Shown piece after piece: positions 1-8,900 of a DNA stretch of 40,000 nt. The stretch covers positions 13,158 to 53,157 of the forward strand of contig JAKSNF010000015.1 of the NCBI GenBank assembly GCA_024400115.1. Direction: 5' to 3'. A program made the translations under genes and the position numbers. Positions within the stretch are counted from its first letter, which is position 1, and each line of letters starts with the position of its first letter. The DNA is from Paludibacteraceae bacterium. GTDB taxonomy: Bacteria; Bacteroidota; Bacteroidia; Bacteroidales; Paludibacteraceae. A model generated the notes under the pieces. That model searched no databases, had not been told where the DNA came from, and saw nothing but the letters and a program-made list of their open reading frames with translations.

Positions 1-85
1 CCTACGGTTCGGCAGGTAGTACCCGCGACTCCTCCTCTCCCCACAAAGTGGTACTTTGCGGGGACCCAAGTTAAATTTTAATACT

Positions 86-3000
86 ATGAAACACAATCTT
101 CTTTTTTTACTGCTCTTACCTGTAGTTGCGCTACAGGCGCAGATTAGCGGAACGGTAGTGGATGAGACGGGACAACCTCTTATCGGCGCCGCCGTACGCG
201 TGGTGGGTTCCGACCAAGGTACGATTACTGATTATGACGGCGTTTTTATTCTGCCCGACGCTCCTGCTGATGCTACGATCGAAGTGAGTTATGTAGGATA
301 CCTGCCGCAACGGCATCTCATAATTCAAAATTCAAAATTCAAAATTCAATTGCTTCCCGATGTGCAGAACCTTGAAGAAGTAATCGTAGTGGGTTATGGT
401 GCCGCTAAGATTAAAGACCTGACATCTCCTATTGAAGTGGTGAAGGGGGATAAGATTAGTGCTATCCCTACCTCCTCTGCCATAAGCGCTCTCCAAGGAC
501 AAGTAGCAGGTGTACACATCGTTAACTCCGGTGTGCCGGGTTCAGGTGCGTCCGTCACCATTCGCGGTTTGGGTTCGTTCTCGAACAACGCTCCCCTCTA
601 TGTGGTAGATGGTATGTTCTACGACAATATTAACTTCCTCAATAATAACGACATCGAGGAGATATCCGTCATGAAAGATGCTTCCGCAGCAGCTATCTAT
701 GGTGTACGCGCCGCTAACGGTGTTATTATTGTAACGACTAAGCATGGCAAGAAAGGTCAACAACGCCCCGATGTGACCTACGATGGTTATGTAGGACTAC
801 AAACGGTAAGCAATATACTCCCTATGTGCTCCTCTAACGAGTATGCACAGATGCTCATGGAAGCCGATCCGATGGCTTATACCACTTCTCTTGATGCTTC
901 GATGAACGCTTATGGCGGTTCGTTCGATGCCGAAACGGGGATATACAACCTTGCGCAGAACACAAACTGGTACAACCAACTGCTGCGCCCGGCAATGATA
1001 ACCAACCACAGTCTCAGTATCAACGGCGGTAGCGAGAAAGCCTCGTACGGAGTGGGTATATCCTACCTCTACCAAAACGGTATTATGAACACGACGAACG
1101 ACTATAACCGCATGACCATTCGCGGTAATGTTGATTATACGCCCGTTAAATGGCTCACGGTGGGAATGAACGCCGTCTTCTCTAACTCCACCCAACGGTT
1201 GCCTAATAATGCCGCTTGGCAACAGGCGTTTAATATGCCCGGACTATTCCCCACCTACGACGGCACAACCAAAGACCTATACACGGACGGGTACGCTTCG
1301 CCCGAGACAATAGGACTGTCACAAAACTTCTACAACCCCGTGGCTACAGCAAACCTCTATAACGCTACCAATCGTTCGGCACAGATATTGGCGAATATAT
1401 ATGCACAATTCAATATATGGCAGGATAAGATTGCTCTCCGCACCTCTTATAATTATGACCACACGGGCATGCGCGCGAACACATATTTGCCGCAGTACTA
1501 TATCAGTCCTTTCCAACAGAACACCACCTCTACACTCTACAAGAGTCAGACGCAGTTTAATAACTGGATTTGGGATAACACCCTCACCTATAGCGACGAG
1601 TGGGGCAAACACGCCTTCAAAGCGATGCTGGGTCTGAGCCTTCGCGAAGAGAGAATGGATTTCCTGCAAGGATCTGTGCAAGAGGTGCTGCCGGAAGAGA
1701 GTTATCAGTATATATCTTTAGGAAACAAAGAAACTCGAGAAGTGAGCGATAACGGTTCACGCTACCGCGGTTTCTCCTATTTCGGTCGTGTTAGCTATAG
1801 TTACGACGAGCGTTATATGATTATGGCCACCCTCCGCCGCGATGGCAGTAGTAAGTATAACGAGAAGTGGGGCACTTTCCCGTCTGTGGGTTTGGCTTGG
1901 ACGATCTCTAACGAACCGTGGGCGAAAGGCATTAAGAACTTTGACTACCTCAAACTGCGTGCTTCGTGGGGTTTGCTTGGTAATGACAAAGTGGCAGCGA
2001 GTGTAGGCGAACTGACCGTTACACCGGCACAAGCCGTCTATGGCGGCATGAACGTGATGGACGGATTCATCAACGCCACCACCTTCTCTTGGCTCACATG
2101 GGAGAAAGTGAACGAGACCAACGTGGGAACCTCCTTTGGTTTCTTCGGTAATCGCCTCACGGGAGACATTGACTGGTACTATCGTCTCACACAGAACGCC
2201 GTTTGCTCCGCTCGCTTGCCTATGCAAGATGCAGATGCTACCGGTAACTGGGCAAACATACTCAATATGGGTGTGGATATTAACCTCCATTGGGAACATA
2301 AGGTCAACAAAGATTGGACTTACTTTATTGGCGGTAATGTGAGTTGGTTACAGAACAGCGTGAAGAGCCTCTTTGGTACCCAACAAATACTCAAAGGTGG
2401 TAAGACCGTTCAAATGGTTGGCGAGAAGATGAATAGTTACTACGGCTACCAAGTAATAGGCGTTTATCAAAACGAAGAAGAGATTGCCTTAGACCCCATT
2501 GCCGTTGCTAATAACCTCCAACCCGGAGACTTCAAATACAAAGATGTTAACGAGGATGGGGTGATGGACGATAAGGATAAGCAGATTCTTGGTTCTTATA
2601 TCCCTGATTGGACCTATGGTATCAACCTCGGTTTCCGTTACCGCGGACTCGACTTGACGGTCGGTTTGAGCGGACAAGCAGGAGGCGAGATATGGAATCG
2701 TAAACGCGCATTACGCTATGCTTGTAATACATATAATTTCGATAAGGACCAATTCAACAATCGTTGGCACGGAGAAGGCACTTCCACGATGAACCCCTCT
2801 GCCGGAGCGTTGATGAAGTCTTGGAATATCGGCGAAACGGCTAACGCCAGTTATTTCGTAGAGCCGTCTGACTATTTCCGTATTCAGAACATAACCCTCG
2901 GTTATACCTTTACTAATGTGGGTGCCGGAACCTATAAGATGCCCTCTATCCGCCTCAGCCTCACGGCAGATAAGCCTTACACTTATTTCAAGGCTAACGC

Positions 3001-3094
3001 CATGACCCCCGAACTGAGTGACGCACAAGGGTGGGACACCGAGGTTTATCCCCTCACCGCTACTTGGTCTTTTGCTGTTCAACTTAAATTCTAA
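86..3094 (+). CDS. SusC-like TonB-dependent outer-membrane transporter
   Basis: Track ORF 56..3094. The ATG at 86 gives the signal peptide MKHNLLFLLLLPVVALQAQ. It has a carboxypeptidase-regulatory-like N-domain (ISGTVVDETGQPLIGAAVRV), plug motifs (IVVGYG, NAPLYVVDG) and a roughly 1000-aa barrel ending in F. A SusD-like gene follows 7 nt downstream. Confidence 0.9.
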   Translation: MKHNLLFLLLLPVVALQAQISGTVVDETGQPLIGAAVRVVGSDQGTITDYDGVFILPDAPADATIEVSYVGYLPQRHLIIQNSKFKIQLLPDVQNLEEVIVVGYGAAKIKDLTSPIEVVKGDKISAIPTSSAISALQGQVAGVHIVNSGVPGSGASVTIRGLGSFSNNAPLYVVDGMFYDNINFLNNNDIEEISVMKDASAAAIYGVRAANGVIIVTTKHGKKGQQRPDVTYDGYVGLQTVSNILPMCSSNEYAQMLMEADPMAYTTSLDASMNAYGGSFDAETGIYNLAQNTNWYNQLLRPAMITNHSLSINGGSEKASYGVGISYLYQNGIMNTTNDYNRMTIRGNVDYTPVKWLTVGMNAVFSNSTQRLPNNAAWQQAFNMPGLFPTYDGTTKDLYTDGYASPETIGLSQNFYNPVATANLYNATNRSAQILANIYAQFNIWQDKIALRTSYNYDHTGMRANTYLPQYYISPFQQNTTSTLYKSQTQFNNWIWDNTLTYSDEWGKHAFKAMLGLSLREERMDFLQGSVQEVLPEESYQYISLGNKETREVSDNGSRYRGFSYFGRVSYSYDERYMIMATLRRDGSSKYNEKWGTFPSVGLAWTISNEPWAKGIKNFDYLKLRASWGLLGNDKVAASVGELTVTPAQAVYGGMNVMDGFINATTFSWLTWEKVNETNVGTSFGFFGNRLTGDIDWYYRLTQNAVCSARLPMQDADATGNWANILNMGVDINLHWEHKVNKDWTYFIGGNVSWLQNSVKSLFGTQQILKGGKTVQMVGEKMNSYYGYQVIGVYQNEEEIALDPIAVANNLQPGDFKYKDVNEDGVMDDKDKQILGSYIPDWTYGINLGFRYRGLDLTVGLSGQAGGEIWNRKRALRYACNTYNFDKDQFNNRWHGEGTSTMNPSAGALMKSWNIGETANASYFVEPSDYFRIQNITLGYTFTNVGAGTYKMPSIRLSLTADKPYTYFKANAMTPELSDAQGWDTEVYPLTATWSFAVQLKF
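322..349. repeat. Heptamer tract (AATTCAA)x4, inside the SusC-like CDS
   Basis: Four perfect units read directly from the sequence. Translated as IQNSKFKIQ. Confidence 0.95.
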
Positions 3095-3100
3095 TGTCCT

Positions 3101-4624
3101 ATGAAAAAGCATACATCATACATCATACATCATACATTGGTAATAGCATCTATGCTATTAATCAGTTCTTGTTCGTTCCTCGATATTAATGTGGAGAACC
3201 AACTTCCGGCAGCGGCGGTAGATTATACGAATACATCCGATATGTATTCCCCCGTAGTGGGCGTATATGCTAAGTTGCGCTTCCCGGGTTGCCACTGGAT
3301 CAATCAGATGCTATGGACGGGACGCGATGAAGATATGACCTCGGGTCGAACCGATGACCAAGCCGAAGCACTCCTCTATAGTTATCGCGGTGGGTATCAG
3401 AACCCTAACTCGTTCTGGGGACTGCGTAACGTGTGGGTAACCCTGTACGATATTATTCGCACATCTAACTCTGCTTTACAGTCATTAGATGAATATGCCC
3501 AATATATCACCGACCATAACTCCCAAGACTATGCCGATTACCTCCAATACCAAGGGGAAATCAAGTGTATGCGGGCTTGGGCATACTTCATGATGGTCAC
3601 CTCTTTTGGCCCTTGTCCGCTCCTTACCGATAATGACCAACAAGACTACACCCGCTCCACGGTGGAACATGTCTGCGACTACGTCATTGCTGACCTTGAA
3701 GCCTCTATCCCCCATATGACAGCCGCTTATCCGGGCGAGATGCCCCACCAGGGTGCTTTCACTAAATACACGGCAGAGGCATTAGCCGCTCGTTTTGCTA
3801 TGCTCAAAGGCGATTGGCAGAAGATGCAAGACCTAACGGCGGATATCATTGGTAGCAGTAAGTTTGAATTAGCTTCCTCCACCAACGACGATTACTATAA
3901 CCTGTTTAAGATTCCGGGTAAACTCTGCCGCGAGAGCCTGATGGAGGTACAAGTGACGGATTACGGACAGCAGTCCGGCGATTACATCGGTGTTGATCAG
4001 TGGTTCGTTTGTCAAGGCGGAGAAGTGAGGAGCGCAGACAAAACAATCAATATCGCAGGTTGGAAATTCTGCCGCTTCAATCCGAATTTTGTTGCGTGGG
4101 CAGACGAACGGGGTGAGAAAGCCCGTCGCGAAGTTAGTTTCTTGGTAGGCGGAGAGACGCTACGCAATGGCTGGAAAGTGGCATTAACAAAGAAAGTGAT
4201 TTTTAATGCTAAGGCTTATATCCCTTATGAACAAATGACCGGTTCGGCAACCGAGTTTGGACGGAATAATAATGTGCGCTTACTTCGTTATGCTGAGGTG
4301 CTACTTATGAATGCGGAAGCCTCTTTCCGCTTGGGTAATACAGATGCCACTTTCCTCAATCAAGTACGTGCCCGTGCAGGATTAGCTCCCGTGGCTGCCT
4401 TAACTGAGGATATTATCTTAGACGAGCGTCGTATCGAACTTAGTGCTGAATGGGGACTACATTACGTGGATCTCGTTCGTACAGGTCGCGCAGCGCAAGT
4501 GCTCAACCAAGAGTCACTCACACGCGATTATGCCCCCGGACAATGGACCGAGGATAAGAAATACTGGCCTGTACCCGGAGAGGTACTCGCCGAATTACCC
4601 GAACTGGCTAACGAACCCAAGTAG
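3101..4624 (+). CDS. SusD/RagB-like outer-membrane lipoprotein
   Basis: 507-aa ORF directly after the SusC-like gene. It has a lipoprotein signal ending LLISSC. C-terminal motifs NNVRLLRYAEVLLMNAEA and DERRIELSAEW are typical of the SusD family. Confidence 0.88.
   Translation: MKKHTSYIIHHTLVIASMLLISSCSFLDINVENQLPAAAVDYTNTSDMYSPVVGVYAKLRFPGCHWINQMLWTGRDEDMTSGRTDDQAEALLYSYRGGYQNPNSFWGLRNVWVTLYDIIRTSNSALQSLDEYAQYITDHNSQDYADYLQYQGEIKCMRAWAYFMMVTSFGPCPLLTDNDQQDYTRSTVEHVCDYVIADLEASIPHMTAAYPGEMPHQGAFTKYTAEALAARFAMLKGDWQKMQDLTADIIGSSKFELASSTNDDYYNLFKIPGKLCRESLMEVQVTDYGQQSGDYIGVDQWFVCQGGEVRSADKTINIAGWKFCRFNPNFVAWADERGEKARREVSFLVGGETLRNGWKVALTKKVIFNAKAYIPYEQMTGSATEFGRNNNVRLLRYAEVLLMNAEASFRLGNTDATFLNQVRARAGLAPVAALTEDIILDERRIELSAEWGLHYVDLVRTGRAAQVLNQESLTRDYAPGQWTEDKKYWPVPGEVLAELPELANEPK
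3110..3137. repeat. Heptamer tract (CATACAT)x4, inside the SusD-like signal peptide
   Basis: Four perfect units starting 9 nt after the ATG. Translated as HTSYIIHHT. Confidence 0.95.
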
Positions 4625-4625
4625 T

Positions 4626-4688
4626 GTTTAGAGTTTAAAGTTGAAAGTTTAAAGAAGCCGTCTAGTTGTATAGTTTAGAGTTGAGAGT
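4626..4688. repeat. Composite intercistronic element E1: GTTTAGA-type units + AGCCGTCTAG + GTTTAGA-type units
   Basis: Sequence: GTTTAGA GTTTAAA GTTGAAA GTTTAAA G-AAGCCGTCTAG-TTGTATA GTTTAGA GTTGAGA GT. It lies between the SusD-like stop and the GH144-like start. Confidence 0.9.
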
Positions 4689-4694
4689 ATTATT

Positions 4695-5981
4695 ATGAAA
4701 ATTAAAAGTGCATTATTCATATTTTGTGGGTGGGTGGCACTACTGTTTATAGGGTGCAAGCCGGAGCCGGAGACGAATAACTCCCGCTCTCGTGATGAGG
4801 TACAAGATAGTGTTTTACTCAACACCGTCCAACGTGCTTCAATGGATTATATGTGGAACGGTGCCGATCCCGTTTCGGGCATGGCGTACGAACGTATCCA
4901 CCTTGATAATAACTACGGCTATAACGACCCAAAAGTGATTACAACAGGTGGTTCTGGTTTTGGTATCGCCGGACTGGTGGTGGCGATGGAACGCGGTTTC
5001 ATCACCCGCGAAAACGGCGTAGAACGACTACAACGTATCGTCGATTTTTTAGCTAAGGCAGACCGTTTTCATGGAGTATGGCCTCATTGGCTCAAAGCAG
5101 ACGGTAAGGTCGTGCCTTTCTCTGCTAATGATAATGGCGGCGACCTTGTGGAGAGTTCGTTTCTCATGGAAGGACTACTCATCGCGCGACAATATATGAA
5201 CCCTGCCGTTTCAGATGAGAAAGTCGTTATTGACGCTATTAACCAACTCTACCAAACGATGGAGTTTGATTGGTATCGCAATAATCAAAACTGCCTCTAT
5301 TGGCACTGGTCACCCGATAAAGGGTGGGTGATGAATATGCCTATTCGTGGTTGGAACGAGGCGCTTATCGTTTATGTCTTAGCGGCAGCATCACCTACAC
5401 ACACTATTCCCAAAGAGGTATATGAACAAGGATGGGGAGTGAACAATAAACCGATGGCTGCTTTTAATCAACCTCTCTTCTGGACTCATTATTCCTTTAT
5501 TGGACTCAATCCGATGACCCTGAAGGATCAGTACGCTACGTATAAGGATGTCGTTATTGGACATGCTTCAGCACAATACGATTATTGTGTGCGCAATCCC
5601 AAGGGCTATGCCGGTTATGGTGCGCAGTGTTGGGGTTTGACTGCCGGTTATTCACCCTCGGGTTATTCGGCACATAGTATTAATAACGACTTAGGCGTTA
5701 TCACTCCCACGGCGGCCCTGTCGTCTATGCCTTATACGCCCGTTCAATCAATGGCGGCTTTGCGCTATTTCGATTCGCGCAAAGCGCAGTTATGGGGTGA
5801 TTACGGCTTCTATGACGGATTCAGCGACAGTAAGAACTGGTGCCCTCCACATTACTTGGCGATTGACCAATTAACGATAGCACCTATGATTGAAAACTAC
5901 CGTTCTGGGCTGCTATGGGACTTATTTATGTCCTGCCCCGAAATACAAGCGGGTTTAACTAAACTTGGATTCACTTATTAA
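4695..5981 (+). CDS. Lipoprotein glycoside hydrolase, GH144-like (DUF3131, endo-beta-1,2-glucanase family) candidate
   Basis: 428-aa ORF with lipobox LLFIGC. Motifs TTGGSGFGI, WPHWL, GGDLVESSFL, YWHWSP and GWNEALIVYVLAAASPTH match this family as I recall it. It sits in a PUL next to a GH3 gene. The family call is from memory, not a search. Confidence 0.6.
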   Translation: MKIKSALFIFCGWVALLFIGCKPEPETNNSRSRDEVQDSVLLNTVQRASMDYMWNGADPVSGMAYERIHLDNNYGYNDPKVITTGGSGFGIAGLVVAMERGFITRENGVERLQRIVDFLAKADRFHGVWPHWLKADGKVVPFSANDNGGDLVESSFLMEGLLIARQYMNPAVSDEKVVIDAINQLYQTMEFDWYRNNQNCLYWHWSPDKGWVMNMPIRGWNEALIVYVLAAASPTHTIPKEVYEQGWGVNNKPMAAFNQPLFWTHYSFIGLNPMTLKDQYATYKDVVIGHASAQYDYCVRNPKGYAGYGAQCWGLTAGYSPSGYSAHSINNDLGVITPTAALSSMPYTPVQSMAALRYFDSRKAQLWGDYGFYDGFSDSKNWCPPHYLAIDQLTIAPMIENYRSGLLWDLFMSCPEIQAGLTKLGFTY

Positions 5982-5991
5982 CATATACTCT

Positions 5992-8900
5992 ATGAAACAC
6001 AATTCATCATTACACCATTACATCAATTTATCATTAATCACCCTTCTACTCCTCTCCGGCTGCCAAAGCAAGGAGGAGCGGTTCGTCAATAACCTTATGA
6101 GTCAGATGACCTACGAAGAGAAACTGGGTCAACTCAACCTCTTGCCCGTCAATGGCGACATCGTCACCGGTGCCGAAGTGGGCGAATACGACCTCGGCGA
6201 CCGGATAGCCAAAGGTGAGGTCGGAGGACTATTCAACCTCAAGGGCGTAGATAAGATTCGCGAGGCACAACGCATCGCCGTTGAACAATCGCGTCTCGGT
6301 ATCCCTTTAATCTTCGGTATGGATGTTATTCACGGTTATGAGACCGTCTTCCCTATTCCACTCGCTCTGTCCTGCTCGTGGGACACCGCAGCTATTCGCC
6401 TCTCGGCTCAGACTGCCGCCAAAGAGGCTACCGCAGATGGTATATGCTGGACTTTCTCGCCGATGGTAGATATATGCCGTGATGCCCGTTGGGGACGCAT
6501 TGCCGAGGGTAATGGCGAAGACCCGTTCTTAGGTTCGGCTATCGCCCAAGCGATGGTAAAAGGTTATCAGGGAACTGACCTCACGTCACCTTATACGATG
6601 TTAGCTTGCGTTAAGCATTTTGCCCTTTATGGTGGAGCAGAAGCCGGACGCGATTATAACACGGTCGATATGAGTCCCTACCGCATGGCGAATGATTACC
6701 TGCCGCCTTATAAAGCCGCTCTTGATGCCGGTTGCGGTTCGGTGATGGCTGCTTTCAATACGATCAACGGCGTTCCCTGCCACTGCAACCAATGGTTACT
6801 CACGGACTTACTCCGCAAGCAATGGGGTTTTGAAGGTTTTGTCGTAACCGACTATACAGGTATCTTAGAACTCATCGCTCACCGTATGGGAGCCGATCTC
6901 GAGACAGTGGGGCAACGCGCCTTACAAGCCGGGTGTGATATGGATATGGTATCCGAGGCACTGAATATGAGGCGACAGGCAACAGGCGACAGGCGACGGG
7001 TTGAACAGGCATGCCGCCGTGTGCTGGTTGCCAAGTACCGTTTAGGTTTATTCGATGACCCCTATCGCTACTGCGACGATAGTCGTCGTGCCACCGATAT
7101 CTACACGGAGGCAAACAAAGCCCAAGCTCGCCACCTCACCACCGAGACCTTTGTCTTATTAAAAAATAGTCCTTCAGCCACACCATCCACCATCCACAAT
7201 CCACAATCCACACTCCCCCTGTCACCGACAGCCAAGGTCGCCCTTATCGGTCCTCTTGCTGACACGCGTGCGAACATGGCAGGTACATGGTCAGTTGCGG
7301 CTACGTTTGATTATAAGACCGTTCGTGAAGCCTTTGAGGAAATGTTGCCTAAAGGACATTTCTTCTATGCTAAGGGTTCAAATATCGAGTATAGTAAAGA
7401 ACTACAACAGCGGGGTGAGTTAGCCGGTCGTTCTATTTGGGACGAGCGTTCGCCCGAACAGATGCGTCAAGAAGCGATGGCTGCTGCCCGTAAGGCAGAC
7501 GTTATTGTGCTGGCTATGGGTGAGAGTTCGGAGATGTCAGGTGAGAGTGCTGCTCGCACGAGTCTGACGATGCCCAAGGCGCAACAAGACCTCATCGACG
7601 CCCTCGCCACGCTTAATAAACCGATGGTACTACTCAATTTCTCGGGGCGTCCTGTGGTATTGACCCATGAGGCAGAGGTGTGTGACGCTATTCTGCAAGT
7701 ATGGTTTGGCGGGTCGGAGACGGCAGATGCTATAGCAGATGTAGTGTTTGGTAAGGTTAGTCCGTCGGGCAAACTGACGACTTCTTTCCCGCGCAGCGTA
7801 GGGCAAGAGCCACTCGGCTATCGCCAGTACTCAACGGGTCGCCCGATAGAGGATGGTGAGTTCATTAAGTACCGTTCCGGTTATCTGGACGAGAACACCC
7901 TACCCCTCTACCCCTTCGGTTATGGACTCAGTTATACTACCTTCAACTACTCCAATATCACCCTACACCCCTATACCGGTGTCGCCGAAGCGACCCCTAC
8001 CCCCCTACTCCCCTACTCCCTCAATCTTACGGTAACGAACACGGGTAAGATGGCCGGAGCAGAGGTAGTGCAGTTATATGTACGTGCCCATCACTCGACG
8101 TGGGCTCGTCCTGTACGTGAATTACGCGGTTTTGAGCGCGTTGAGTTAGCGGCTGGTGAGAGTAAAGAGGTAAGTTTTGCCATTACAAACGAGACCTTAG
8201 GTTATTACGATGATAAGATGAACTTCATCGTAGAACCCGGCATATATGACATCTTTATCAATGACCTATTCGTGGGACAAGTAGGCGAGAAACAAACCCA
8301 TCTCTACACACTTACCAATAGCAATGGCGTGCGTGTAGATATAACCAATTTCGGAGGACGCATTGTGTCTCTTTGTGTACCTGATAAAAAAGGACAATTA
8401 CAAGACGTTGTTTTAGGCTTTGATAACATCAAAGACTATGAGAATATCCCCTCCGACTTCGGTGCTTGCATCGGTCGTTATGCTAACCGCCTAAACAAAG
8501 GACAAATAACCGTTAACGGCGTACAATATCAACTACCCACCAATAATTTCGGGCACACCCTGCATGGTGGTCCTACGGGTTGGCAGTACCAAGTCTATGA
8601 GGCAGAACAAATAAGCGACCAGTGCCTCAAACTGACTATCGTTTCTCCTAATGGGGATAATGGTTTCCCCGGTCAAGTGACGGCTTCTTGCACCTATACA
8701 CTGACGGAAGATAACACGCTGGTTTTAGACTATGAAGCCACCACCGATGCGCCTACGGTTATTAACATGACCAACCACACATACTTCAACCTCAATGGTG
8801 ACGGAAGTACATCTATTCTCAATAATGAGTTATGGCTTAATGCCGACCAAATGACCCCTGTCGATAATACATATATGACTACGGGTGAGATAGTAACCAT

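Noticed and set aside
45-53. GGTACTTTG upstream of the SusC-like gene, considered as a -7 promoter box.
   Set aside because: It has one nucleotide too few between TA and TTTG, and the -33 region is cut by the window edge. It is not annotated as a promoter.
56-85. N-terminal extensions of track ORFs at 56, 5965, 15866, 20123, 23967, 26176 and 26355.
   Set aside because: In each case the extension starts on a non-ATG codon, runs through a consensus promoter, or precedes an internal ATG that gives a proper signal peptide or conserved N-terminus. The shorter start was used.
4656-4665. The AGCCGTCTAG core resembles the Neisseria DNA uptake sequence GCCGTCTGAA.
   Set aside because: Only 7 nt (GCCGTCT) are shared, and the organism is a Bacteroidete. 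The copies are tied to heptamer arms rather than scattered or located in terminators. I treat the resemblance as coincidence.
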